Shown here piece by piece: positions 39,282 to 48,355 of a DNA stretch of 64,000 bases. A program made the position numbers and the translations under genes. The stretch comes from SAR324 cluster bacterium. GTDB taxonomy: Bacteria; SAR324; NAC60-12. The notes under the pieces were generated by a model. The model saw only the letters and a list, made by a program, of their open reading frames with translations. It had not been told where the DNA came from and made no database searches. Location: contig JAQWOT010000201.1 in assembly GCA_029245725.1 (NCBI GenBank), forward strand, positions 3,059 to 67,058. Direction: 5' to 3'. Position 1 is the stretch's first letter, and every line of letters begins with the position of its first letter.

Positions 39282-39805
39282 GATTCGAGTTTCCGCCAGT
39301 TGCTGCGGTAGTGTTCCGCTCTGATGACATAATGGGCACTTGCCTGACGAATCTGTTCAAGAATCTCGGGCCCATAAGCTTTCTTCACCTTGGCTGGTGA
39401 ACCAGCTACCAGCGAAAAAGGAGGAATTTTGGTTCCTTCCAGCAATAAACTTCCTGCTCCAACGATACTTCCCTCTCCGATTCGCACACCGTTCATCAGA
39501 ATAGCCCCCATCCCGATCAAGCAGTCATCTCCAATCGTACAGCCATGCAAAATGCAGCGATGCCCGACTGTGACTCGAGTACCAACCTCTAAAGGGAAGC
39601 TTGGATCGACGTGACAGATGGTCGCATCTTGTACGTTTGTTTCTTCACCAATCACGATTTGATCAGAATCTCCCCTCAGCACACTTTGAAACCAAACAGA
39701 ACTCTTGGCCGCTAGCCGAACATTGCCAATGATCTGTGCGCTCTCTGCAACATAAGTGCTGTCATGTAATTGTGGATAATTCTCACCTAGAGCAGATAGA
39801 GTCAT
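39278..39805 (-). CDS. Gamma-class carbonic anhydrase / left-handed beta-helix (hexapeptide-repeat) protein
   Basis: 175 aa with hexapeptide repeats (…VGHRCILHGCTIGDDCLIGMGAILMNGVRIGEGSIVGAGSLL…). Confidence 0.8.
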   Translation of the reverse strand: MTLSALGENYPQLHDSTYVAESAQIIGNVRLAAKSSVWFQSVLRGDSDQIVIGEETNVQDATICHVDPSFPLEVGTRVTVGHRCILHGCTIGDDCLIGMGAILMNGVRIGEGSIVGAGSLLLEGTKIPPFSLVAGSPAKVKKAYGPEILEQIRQASAHYVIRAEHYRSNWRKLES

Positions 39806-40059
39806 TTGGATTCCTTGATTCTACGAGCTACTCCCTTTTCTTCCAGTTGTACAAGCATTGCGCTGAGTTCATCACTCTTCAATCCAGATTCTCTTTCCAG
39901 TTCTTGCGAACTAATCTGGACAAGATCAGTTTTTCCTCTTACTGCTGCTCCACAGAGTGCAGCAAATAATTGATGTTCCTTCTGACCCGGTGGACTGAAC
40001 AATCCAAGGAATGGATTTGGATTGATTTCCCAGAGTTCCTGGATTTGCTGGAATTTCAT
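39802..40059 (-). CDS. Small hypothetical protein with an HTH-like C-terminus
   Basis: 85 aa. …ISSQELERESGLKSDELSAMLVQLEEKGVARRI… looks like a winged-helix recognition segment. 4-nt overlap with the gamma-CA gene. Confidence 0.35.
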   Translation of the reverse strand: MKFQQIQELWEINPNPFLGLFSPPGQKEHQLFAALCGAAVRGKTDLVQISSQELERESGLKSDELSAMLVQLEEKGVARRIKESK

Positions 40060-40083
40060 AGATGGTGGTTTGAAGAAGAAGAT

Positions 40084-40632
40084 CTAGAGGTACTGTTGAG
40101 AAATCCGCTGACGTAGTGCTGGAAGTATTCTTCCAACATCCTGTGAGTTTGGATGGATTTTTTGCAGAGATTCATAGGTTGATAAGGCCTCTGAATAATC
40201 CTGAAGACGCATTTGGATCATTCCTAGACCAGAGAGTGCACCAAAATGGCGAGGTTCCAAGACAAGAGTTTCCTTGATGTCAGCAATTGAGCCGATCAGG
40301 TTGTCTCTGTAGTAGCGAACGGTGGCTCGCTTGTTCCAGGCCTCTGCCCAGCCAGGAGCTTTTTCGATCAATTGCGTAAATAATAACTCAGCCTGCTCCA
40401 AGTCACCGTTCTGCATGATCTCGGAAGCTGCTTTCATGGCTTGTGTAAGCTGTGAGTTCGGATGTTTTAACCAGATCGTCCAAATGTTTTGAACAATCGG
40501 ACTTGCCGTATAGGAGGTTTCCGCCTGTTCCAGTTGGTTAAAAAGATCAGGTAATTCTGGATTACGTTGGTCAGCCTGCAGACCACTCCAGCCAACAGCG
40601 ATACTTAGCAGAAAAGGAATAATGAACTTCAT
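40084..40632 (-). CDS. Periplasmic TPR-repeat protein, CcmI/CycH/NrfG-like
   Basis: Signal peptide plus TPR repeats. Immediately downstream of ccmG on the same strand. Confidence 0.5.
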   Translation of the reverse strand: MKFIIPFLLSIAVGWSGLQADQRNPELPDLFNQLEQAETSYTASPIVQNIWTIWLKHPNSQLTQAMKAASEIMQNGDLEQAELLFTQLIEKAPGWAEAWNKRATVRYYRDNLIGSIADIKETLVLEPRHFGALSGLGMIQMRLQDYSEALSTYESLQKIHPNSQDVGRILPALRQRISQQYL

Positions 40633-40677
40633 GAGGCCTCCTGTCTCAAAAAACCAAGTTGTCTAATCTGATTACGA

Positions 40678-41220
40678 CTACCCTTGACCAAGCATTTCGT
40701 CGACTTGTTCCTGCATCAATTCTGCGCTGACCTCCCCAATTTGCTTGAAACGAATCTTTCCTTGAGGATCAATAAAAAACGTTTCTGGCACCCCATAAAT
40801 ACCATACTCCAAAGCGATGTCACCGTTGGTGTTATCGAGGCCAAGGAAGTACGTTTTATTAAACTGTCGCGCAAAAGCTTGCGCTTGTTCGGATTTGTCC
40901 TGAATGGCTACGCCAAGGACGTGAACCTGAGGAGGAACTGTTTCACCGTAACGCTTGTGAAAAGCTTCCAGAATGTGAGCTTCTTGTTGGCATTCAACGC
41001 ACCAGGAAGCCCAGAAATTCAAGACTACGGGCTTACCGCGTAGAGCACTTAGTTCAACGGATTCCCCGTTCCAGAGATTGACGAGTTGAAAATTTGGCGC
41101 TTCGTGGCCAATTAGGGGAGAAGGAACTTTCTTGGGGTCTGTGGTGAAACCAAAAGCGAACAGACCAATCAATCCACCTAAGGCGACCCAGACTGTCCAG
41201 AATTTCCATGAATTCCACAT
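40678..41220 (-). CDS. ccmG: Thiol:disulfide interchange protein CcmG/DsbE (TlpA-like thioredoxin)
   Basis: N-terminal TM anchor. Active-site WASWCVEC motif. Confidence 0.75.
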   Translation of the reverse strand: MWNSWKFWTVWVALGGLIGLFAFGFTTDPKKVPSPLIGHEAPNFQLVNLWNGESVELSALRGKPVVLNFWASWCVECQQEAHILEAFHKRYGETVPPQVHVLGVAIQDKSEQAQAFARQFNKTYFLGLDNTNGDIALEYGIYGVPETFFIDPQGKIRFKQIGEVSAELMQEQVDEMLGQG

Positions 41221-41222
41221 AC

Positions 41223-43217
41223 TCAGCCTTCAGCAGCAAGGTACTGTTGACGCAATACTTCCTGGCGCGAGGTCAAACTGCGAGGTCGATACGTCAAACA
41301 GATGCCGATACCCAGAGTGAATACGGGAAGAGCCATCCAGGCCCAACCAACGAGTGGATTGACATAGGTCTTGATTGTCACTAATTCGCTGTCAGCACCG
41401 GATTCACTGGAAAATATCAGGTAGAGGTCTTTCAGGAATTCTCTTCGTAGTGCAATTTCAGTCAGGGGTTGTGGTTGGGTTGGATAGAAGCTTTTGGCAG
41501 GCTTCATCACTTCCAGCAACTGTTTGTCCTGATCATAGACTTCAATGATTGCAGCCCGGTGTGTGGCATTGCGTACCTGAAATTGTTCAACACCAGTGAA
41601 CTTTAAATAGTAAGCGTTCAGTGGCACCATTTCTTCGCGTTCCAGTGTTAGGTCGCGTTCTTCGCTGAAAAATGTACCGGCAAAGCCAAGGAACATTAGC
41701 ACGACTCCCAAGTGAATCACTAATCCACCATAGCGACGCTGGTTACGCTGAAAAACGTGAATCAACCCTACTAGGGGGCTAGCTTGTAGTTGCTTGCCTT
41801 TCACATGTGCTGCCTTGCCAACTTCAATCAGAATGGTGACCGTGACAAAGATAGCAATCCAAAAAATTGTAAATGCTTCTAAATGAAATGGAATGACGAC
41901 AGCCAGAATAATGGTTCCAACGGTTGCTGTAATCATCGGGTTCTGAAAGTTTCTGCGCAGGCTTTCTTTACTCGATTTCCTCCAGGCAAGCACGGTCCCA
42001 ATACCCATTAAGAAAAATAGAACATAGCCCATCGGTGCCATGATCGTGTTGAAAAACGGTGCCTGAATAGACAACTTTGTGCCACGAATCGCTTCTGCTA
42101 GCAGTGGGAATGTGGTTCCCAGCAAAACGGTGAATGCCATGCCTACAAAGATTACGTTCTGAACAAGAAAGGCATTTTCACGGCATAGTACGGCTTCCAT
42201 CTTGTGTTCGGATTCCAGCATTTGAATGCGCCGAAAGAGCAGCGCAAAACTGACAACCAGAACAACAGCGAGGAAGACCAGAAAAGCAGGGCCAATTTCA
42301 GATTGAGTGAAGGAATGAACTGAGTTGACCACTCCTGAGCGGGTCAGAAATGTTCCGATGATGGTTAGTCCGTATGTGATAATGATCAACACAACATTCC
42401 AGATTTTGAGCATGTTACGCTTTTCCTGGATCATCACAGAGTGTAGGAAAGCGGTACCTGTCAACCAAGGCATGAAGGCAGCGTTTTCAACAGGATCCCA
42501 AGCCCAGAAACCACCCCACCCTAATTCTTCATACGCCCATTGCCCACCGAGGATCAACCCCATTGAGAGGAAATACCAAGAGACCAGAGTCCAGCGGCGA
42601 GTGGTCAGTACCCACTCATTGTCTAATTTGCCTCGAATCATCCCGGCAATCGCGAACGCAAAGGGCACACTAAAACCGATGAAGCCCAGATACAACGAAG
42701 GCGGATGAACCACCATGGCAATATGCTGTAGCAACGGATTCAGTCCTCGTCCTTCTGCAGGAATGGTTGCTTGCAGATCCAGGGGATTGGACCAACCGAG
42801 GAGCAAAACGAGCAAAAAACAGAGGATTCCATTCAGAGTGGCGATTACATAGGGGATGATTTCTCGATTGCTATACTGGTAGCGAAAAGCAACGACCATC
42901 GCGAAGAAACTCTGAACCAAAATCCAAAATAGCAGCGAACCTTCCAGACCCCCCCAGAATGCCGTCACTTTGAAGAACATCGGCATGTCAACGCTGGAGT
43001 TGCGCCAAACATAGAAGATGCTGAAGTCGCTTACTACAAGAGCGTGGATCAGCACTCCAGAGGCGATAGCAATCAGAAAGAAGCTGATGATGCTCGCATT
43101 TTGTGCAGAACGAATTAGGTTCCAGTTGTTTGTTCTAACACCCAGATGGGGTACAACTGTGCCATAGAGACAAGCAGCAAGAGCAATCATCAAGGCGATC
43201 GTGCCAAGATCGGACAT
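41223..43217 (-). CDS. ccmF: Cytochrome c-type biogenesis heme lyase CcmF
   Basis: 664 aa, polytopic, CcmF/NrfE family. Includes a WGGxWxWD-like tryptophan-rich segment (…WGGFWAWDPVEN…). Confidence 0.85.
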   Translation of the reverse strand: MSDLGTIALMIALAACLYGTVVPHLGVRTNNWNLIRSAQNASIISFFLIAIASGVLIHALVVSDFSIFYVWRNSSVDMPMFFKVTAFWGGLEGSLLFWILVQSFFAMVVAFRYQYSNREIIPYVIATLNGILCFLLVLLLGWSNPLDLQATIPAEGRGLNPLLQHIAMVVHPPSLYLGFIGFSVPFAFAIAGMIRGKLDNEWVLTTRRWTLVSWYFLSMGLILGGQWAYEELGWGGFWAWDPVENAAFMPWLTGTAFLHSVMIQEKRNMLKIWNVVLIIITYGLTIIGTFLTRSGVVNSVHSFTQSEIGPAFLVFLAVVLVVSFALLFRRIQMLESEHKMEAVLCRENAFLVQNVIFVGMAFTVLLGTTFPLLAEAIRGTKLSIQAPFFNTIMAPMGYVLFFLMGIGTVLAWRKSSKESLRRNFQNPMITATVGTIILAVVIPFHLEAFTIFWIAIFVTVTILIEVGKAAHVKGKQLQASPLVGLIHVFQRNQRRYGGLVIHLGVVLMFLGFAGTFFSEERDLTLEREEMVPLNAYYLKFTGVEQFQVRNATHRAAIIEVYDQDKQLLEVMKPAKSFYPTQPQPLTEIALRREFLKDLYLIFSSESGADSELVTIKTYVNPLVGWAWMALPVFTLGIGICLTYRPRSLTSRQEVLRQQYLAAEG

Positions 43218-43319
43218 CTCTAACTCCGTTGGTGTTTAGCGTATGAAATTATCTTTGGTAAATTAGCGTGGGGCAAAAGCCCCCGCAATGCTTTTGAGAT
43301 TTGCTTTGCAACAAGAGCT

Positions 43320-43760
43320 TTAGTCAATGTGTTCGAAGACCTGTGCCTTGCCTTGCTGGTCAAACCAAAGCACATCATATGCGTCTTTTCGGGTTGAATG
43401 TTCCATCCCCGGTGAACCGATGGGCATCCCCGGTACAACTAGCCCTTGGGCACCAACTGGTGGGTCAGCAAGAAAGCGAGCGAGTGTCTTTTCAGGCACA
43501 TGTCCTTCAATGATAAAATCTCCAATGATGGCAGTGTGGCAACTGCGCAGAGAACTGGGTAATCCCATCTGATTTTTGAGTTGCTCAATGTTGTAGGTGC
43601 CTTTGCTGGTAACCTGATGTCCTTCATCACGCAGGATATTCGCCCACTTTTCACAGCAGCCACATTGTGGGTGCTTGTACATTGTGATATCGGAGGCCCA
43701 AACAACAGAAGCCACCGTTAGTAATAGTATGATTAGAAGTTTACTTATCAGTGTTTTCAT
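43320..43760 (-). CDS. DUF411 (CopG-like) periplasmic metal-binding protein
   Basis: Signal peptide MKTLISKLLIILLLTVASVVWA. C-x-C-C motif (…HPQCGCCEKW…). C-terminal Met/His-rich segment. Confidence 0.7.
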   Translation of the reverse strand: MKTLISKLLIILLLTVASVVWASDITMYKHPQCGCCEKWANILRDEGHQVTSKGTYNIEQLKNQMGLPSSLRSCHTAIIGDFIIEGHVPEKTLARFLADPPVGAQGLVVPGMPIGSPGMEHSTRKDAYDVLWFDQQGKAQVFEHID

Positions 43761-43805
43761 TGAAATTACCGTGGTAAGAGAGTATGGAATGAAAATCAAA
43801 ATTGA

Positions 43806-44291
43806 TCAGTGTTGTACCATTTCTTTGTGTCGATTCAGAATTTCTTCTGGCCAGAGTGATTTGAAGTAATGGATGCTAGCAACAATCTCGGAATCACTGA
43901 GTCTTCCAGCAAAGCTCCGCATTGGTGAATCTCCCGCAATCGAACCTTCCTGAATTATTCTAAACAGTATTTCATCAGGATGATGCCACGCGTGACCAGT
44001 TCCGTTGAGAGCTGGGGCCAGGTAACCTCCTTGATCCTTCATACCTCCCAGCGGACGTTGAAGGTTTTCTCCTACAGCCTTCTCTCCATGGCATACCGCA
44101 CAATTTGCTGCGAATATTTGTTCCCCTTTGGTAATGCTTTCACTGCTGGGTGCCTGTTCCCAAATTGGCTTGGAGAATAATGACCAGGGTTCAAACAAAA
44201 GTAGCCCGACAATCAGTGCTAGCAAAAGGGCAGTCAGTTGTCTTCTCCTCAGAACAAGCTGATTCTCCATCATATCGCTACTCACAACCAA
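43806..44291 (-). CDS. Monoheme c-type cytochrome (class I)
   Basis: TM/signal segment, then a single CAVCH heme-binding site. Confidence 0.7.
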   Translation of the reverse strand: MVVSSDMMENQLVLRRRQLTALLLALIVGLLLFEPWSLFSKPIWEQAPSSESITKGEQIFAANCAVCHGEKAVGENLQRPLGGMKDQGGYLAPALNGTGHAWHHPDEILFRIIQEGSIAGDSPMRSFAGRLSDSEIVASIHYFKSLWPEEILNRHKEMVQH

Positions 44292-44333
44292 AAGTTTCTG
44301 TCAAATCACATAAAATTTGGGTAGCGAGATAGC

Positions 44334-44747
44334 CTAAATTCGGAAGACACTATTTTGAAGAAAGATATGTTCAAAAACAGGCTGGATTGAGTCTGTAAAA
44401 CAGGGGTTGGTTGTGGGGCAATTAGTTGAGATTATAGTGAACTGAGGGGTAAAACTAGCAAAGGCGTTTGGGTCAGGTAATGTTGCTTTCCTACGAAGAA
44501 GACAGGCTTCTTGATTGTTATGAATGCACTGAATTCCATGAATCCTACTGTCAGCTTGCGAATGGCAACTGAAACCATTCGGTGAAAAGATTGACAGATC
44601 TTGAGACGTTAGAGTTGGTGAGTGACAAGTTGCTGCCCAGGTTGTTGAAGAGATAAGAAGAAGGCTAATCAGACAGTACAGGAAGTACCTCCATCGATAT
44701 CTTTTGGTCATGGATGTACTCGATACGAACTGTGGCAAGCAACACAC
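44334..44747 (-). CDS. Hypothetical Cys-rich secreted protein
   Basis: 137-aa ORF with 9 Cys and a signal-like segment (…YFLYCLISLLLISSTTWAA…). No family recognised. Could be non-coding. Confidence 0.3.
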   Translation of the reverse strand: MCCLPQFVSSTSMTKRYRWRYFLYCLISLLLISSTTWAATCHSPTLTSQDLSIFSPNGFSCHSQADSRIHGIQCIHNNQEACLLRRKATLPDPNAFASFTPQFTIISTNCPTTNPCFTDSIQPVFEHIFLQNSVFRI

Positions 44748-45136
44748 TGTTGCATGACACCTGCTAGGCCTTCTGCGATTTTCGGTGTACTTTCTTCCAA
44801 ACCTCCTTCTCGTACAATAGTCGCAAATCGGCTAGCTGCCTTATGCATCTGTGTACCAATTTGCTGCATAGCGGTGGGCATGAAACGAGCCATATGCGAT
44901 GCACCGTGACCGCTTAAAGAAGACATGCCTAGTCGGTTTTCTGCGACAGTGGAGGCTTTTTCGTATTCTTCCAGAGCAAGATGTTGTTGAATTTCAGTCA
45001 GAGCCAGTAGATAGTCCCGCATGTTTTCCAGCATATGATCTCACATCATTTCAGGAAGCTCAACCAATTGTCGCGAATCAGCAAAACTGGAGGTTGGTAA
45101 TCCAAAAATAGTTAGAAAAGAACTGTAATAATACAT
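44708..45136 (-). pseudogene. Class II c-type cytochrome (cytochrome c' / b562-like four-helix bundle) with an in-frame TGA separating the signal peptide from the mature domain
   Basis: The 108-aa ORF ends …GVMQQCVACHSSYRVHP, the C-terminal CxxCH typical of cytochrome c', but has no export signal. In the same frame upstream, …MYYYSSFLTIFGLPTSSFA|DSRQLVELPEMM is separated from DHMLENM… only by a TGA at 45041-45043. Confidence 0.5.
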
Positions 45137-45224
45137 TCTTTCATATGATCTTAGGAGAGTAGAAGTTTGAAACCTAAGATTAACAGGTTGGCTTCTGTGC
45201 TGCAAGAAAAGCCACTAGGAGACA

Positions 45225-45629
45225 TCAAAAAGCTTGGGGATTACTGAGCAATTGCCCCATCCAAACCATTCCCCAGATGGTGAGAAAGCCAAAAACTAAG
45301 AAGAGCAGTACAAAGGTATCTAGAACAATCCTAATCACGGGAGCAGTCGGCCGCAGAGAAAGCCACAATAAAACTGTACTGCAAAGGGTCAGATACCATG
45401 CCAAGTTCGAATATAATTGATGCTTGGCAAGTAGACCAGCCAAGTTGGTATCAACGGATGGTGACTGGATCCATACTTCGCTCAGCAACCAGATCAGCAA
45501 GAGGATAATACTGCAGAGCCAAGCAGCCCACTGCCGTCGCTTTTGATCCTGCTTCCAAATAGCAAAAGCCAGTAAGCCAATGAGCAGTGCCACCAAGGGC
45601 AACAGAGTGGGGCTGAGCAGTTCGTGCAT
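45225..45629 (-). CDS. Hypothetical 4-TM membrane protein
   Basis: 134 aa, hydrophobic helices. Last gene of the mpl-FGE-639aa co-directional string. Confidence 0.45.
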   Translation of the reverse strand: MHELLSPTLLPLVALLIGLLAFAIWKQDQKRRQWAAWLCSIILLLIWLLSEVWIQSPSVDTNLAGLLAKHQLYSNLAWYLTLCSTVLLWLSLRPTAPVIRIVLDTFVLLFLVFGFLTIWGMVWMGQLLSNPQAF

Positions 45630-45632
45630 ACT

Positions 45633-47552
45633 TTACCAAAAATGATGAACTAGCACTTTGGCTTCTTGTACAGCCCCTTGCTGTTGCCAAGTAAAACGAA
45701 GTCCCCATTTTGAATTTACCTGCCAACGACCCTCCCATTCGGTACTAAGACCGATTGCACTTTCCCCCAACAAGGGTTGGCAATAACTGGATTGAGCTAG
45801 CATGGACCATTGATCACCAGTTTGCCAGAGTACACCTACAGCAGGCTGCAATTGAAAGCTGGTTTCTGGCATTGAACCTGTGCGTGATTGCAGAATTGTA
45901 TCAGCAAAAGTAAATCCAACTAGATCAGGGTGTAGCGCTATACTCTGTCCGATGCCCCCAACAAGTCGCATGACTTTATGTTGAGATTCATCAAGAGCCT
46001 CTTCTTGCCACTCACCGCTTGTTCGCCAAGAAACCCCTGAAACTGTGTCTAATCGTGTTGGGGAAATAGAAAGATTTTGAATCTCAAAAAATGTCAGTTG
46101 ATGAATCCACCAGCGTTTTTTGTCGAAACGGACTTTCAAATCCAGAGCTTGTAATTCTGCAAAGGGGAGATGCCCAGGAACTGGATCCAACAGATCATGA
46201 TAGGCCGCACGAATTCCCACTTCTATCCCTTGCTCTGTGTCGTTTCTTTGAAACCCACCGAACTGAGTTCTCAAAGGAGGGTGCCCCTTCAAAGGGTCGG
46301 GTGTGGATGGTTGTGGTTTCTTAACGAGTATCGGTAGTTTGCTACGTTTCAGTAGAACTTTTTGACGCAGATTCTGATGAGATTCTGAGAGTATCTCTTC
46401 TCGTGCTTTCTGGTACTGTAGCAAGTCTGTGAGCGCATCAAGCACCTGAGCTTGGGCTTCTGGAGATAGTCCAGATTGTTCTAATTTATTCAGTTGTTCC
46501 GGTTGGCTTTGGATTCGGATCACCCAATCTTGCTGCAATTCGCTCAGATCTAGGGTTTTCCACTGCAGTCTACGTTGTCGGGAAGGGACAAGGATTGGTT
46601 CACCAAGGACCGACTGCCCGTCAGAAGTTTGCAGACGTTGTAATCGAAAGAAAACATCGACGGGAATGGCCCAGAACTCAGATGTAGAATAAAGATTAAT
46701 CTCTTCTTCCCAAGCCATGGCAACCAGCTCTGCCATACGATAAGCGCAGTTCTCCAAGAAGAAATAGTATTCAAAGTGAATATCCTGCAGCAGCTCCCAA
46801 GAGTGGAAAAGTACACGGCGCTCTTGAGCTTCTGTTAGCTTCAGAGGGTATTCCCACAGGTCTCGTAATTCATTTTCTCCATAAATATGCTGAAAGTTGT
46901 AGAACCTTTCGTCAGAGAAGCGGCCGCTATAGCCACCAAAAATTCCCTTCACTGCATAAACTAAAGCGTTATCAGCTGGATCAGGACTAGCACCAAAGTT
47001 AAGTGTTGGGCTGAGCAGAGGATGCGCAAAGAGTCCCTCCTTCAAATTGATTTTGACCAATAGATGGCCAAAAAAGGAGGCTGGATTGTCCAAATAAGCC
47101 GAAACAAAGACTACGCTTAGCGAATCAAGTTTGGATAGTCCGGCCCAGCGTTGAAAGTGTGGACATTCGACGAGTTGGGGTGCTGGGGAAAACTCGAGTT
47201 GTTGCTGTAACCAGTGAAAACGCGCAATAAAACGGCACTGCGCATGTTGATCAGGATTCTCACCAACTGGTTCATAAAACGCTCGCAATGTGGCGTTCAA
47301 TTCAGCTTGAGGGTTCTGTGCACCGTTGTGATCTAGAAAAAAATCCTGACTGACGATCTCACTTTTGCTGGATGGGATAGTGGAACGATAGTGAAGCAGT
47401 CGCAACCAGTAGGAGTGTTGAGCAATTTTTTTGGTTGTAGCGGACTGAAGTAGAGTTTGCGGTGCGATTGTTTCTGCTGCTAGTGGCGCCCCTAGCCTGA
47501 TGAGTAGCAGTGGGTAGAATAACCACCAGAACAGTAGATGATTCCCTTTCAT
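45633..47552 (-). CDS. Large secreted protein (639 aa), possibly DUF4105-like
   Basis: Signal peptide MKGNHLLFWWLFYPLLLIRLGAPLAA. Contains …FLENCAYRMAEL…. 4-nt overlap with the upstream FGE-domain gene. Family assignment is from memory and unverified. Confidence 0.55.
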   Translation of the reverse strand: MKGNHLLFWWLFYPLLLIRLGAPLAAETIAPQTLLQSATTKKIAQHSYWLRLLHYRSTIPSSKSEIVSQDFFLDHNGAQNPQAELNATLRAFYEPVGENPDQHAQCRFIARFHWLQQQLEFSPAPQLVECPHFQRWAGLSKLDSLSVVFVSAYLDNPASFFGHLLVKINLKEGLFAHPLLSPTLNFGASPDPADNALVYAVKGIFGGYSGRFSDERFYNFQHIYGENELRDLWEYPLKLTEAQERRVLFHSWELLQDIHFEYYFFLENCAYRMAELVAMAWEEEINLYSTSEFWAIPVDVFFRLQRLQTSDGQSVLGEPILVPSRQRRLQWKTLDLSELQQDWVIRIQSQPEQLNKLEQSGLSPEAQAQVLDALTDLLQYQKAREEILSESHQNLRQKVLLKRSKLPILVKKPQPSTPDPLKGHPPLRTQFGGFQRNDTEQGIEVGIRAAYHDLLDPVPGHLPFAELQALDLKVRFDKKRWWIHQLTFFEIQNLSISPTRLDTVSGVSWRTSGEWQEEALDESQHKVMRLVGGIGQSIALHPDLVGFTFADTILQSRTGSMPETSFQLQPAVGVLWQTGDQWSMLAQSSYCQPLLGESAIGLSTEWEGRWQVNSKWGLRFTWQQQGAVQEAKVLVHHFW

Positions 47553-48355
47553 TGCTCTGGGGTTGGAAGTCCTTCAGCAACTAGCCGAAAGCCAATGCGA
47601 GGATCTGAAGTGAGCGCAGAAAAAGCTTCCTGAAATTTACAGGAAATCTGATCTGGAGGGCTGAACCAGCTACCTCCACGGGTGATATATCCTTGCACTG
47701 CCGAATTGGGAAGTTTGGCTTTTTCACTAGTCCATTCCGCAAGGTTACCCAGTACGTCAGAAAGGTTATGGGTATTGACAGGAAAGGAACCGACTGGAGC
47801 ACTGACTGTGAAATTGTCGTTGCAAGGATGAGTGGGGTGGCTCCAACCAAAACTTGTAGCTGCGACTTCATCACTTACTGAAGCCCATTGGCAAGCTTGC
47901 TCAGCAGTTTTCCAGGGTTGAGTTTCTCTGGTTTTACAAACTTGTTGCCATTCTTTTGATGTCGGTAAGCGAAAGCGATATCGACCACTGTGTTGCTGGG
48001 TTAACCACTCACCAAATGCATGAGCTTCTTCCCAACTGACATAAGCGACTGGCTGCAATGGAGTGTCTAATGGCTGATTCCGGTAATTCCGACTCGAATG
48101 CGACTGCCGGAACCTCTGGAATTGTTGGTTGGTGATTTCATGTCTTCCCATCCAGAGAGGAGGAGGACAGGGATCCTGACCAGCTTCACAACTTGGATTG
48201 ACATAAACAAAGATGATGGCTGTCAGTGGGTCAATCCAAGAATTTTTGGAGTCTTCAGGAACAGCCAAGTGAGGATCGGTTTGGAAGGTCCAAACCAGCC
48301 CAGCAATTGGCAGTAGGCCAACCACGAACAAGATCAGCCAGTTCAAGGGCTTCAT
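47549..48355 (-). CDS. Formylglycine-generating enzyme (FGE/SUMF1) domain protein
   Basis: 268 aa, N-terminal TM/signal. FGE-sulfatase fold signatures (…MGRHEITNQQFQRF…VAYVSWEEAHAFGEWL…GYRFRLPTSKEW…RGGSWF…). Confidence 0.75.
   Translation of the reverse strand: MKPLNWLILFVVGLLPIAGLVWTFQTDPHLAVPEDSKNSWIDPLTAIIFVYVNPSCEAGQDPCPPPLWMGRHEITNQQFQRFRQSHSSRNYRNQPLDTPLQPVAYVSWEEAHAFGEWLTQQHSGRYRFRLPTSKEWQQVCKTRETQPWKTAEQACQWASVSDEVAATSFGWSHPTHPCNDNFTVSAPVGSFPVNTHNLSDVLGNLAEWTSEKAKLPNSAVQGYITRGGSWFSPPDQISCKFQEAFSALTSDPRIGFRLVAEGLPTPEQ

Noticed and set aside
40059-40086. The 85-aa ORF (39802..40059) is in the same frame as the upstream TPR protein, separated by a stop plus 8 codons; possibly another nonsense-split gene
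   Set aside because: The bridging peptide (IFFKPPS) and the downstream sequence do not continue any TPR or CcmH pattern. Same-frame adjacency happens by chance one time in three.
44334-44747. Cys-rich 137-aa ORF as a possible novel metal-binding protein
   Set aside because: Not fully rejected. However, there is no CxxCH or other recognisable motif and the sequence is low-complexity. I kept it as a low-confidence CDS rather than a finding.
45627-45635. The 639-aa secreted protein and the following 134-aa 4-TM ORF are in the same frame with one codon between them
   Set aside because: The domain content differs (periplasmic versus polytopic) and there is no homology continuity. This is more likely tight operon packing than a split gene.
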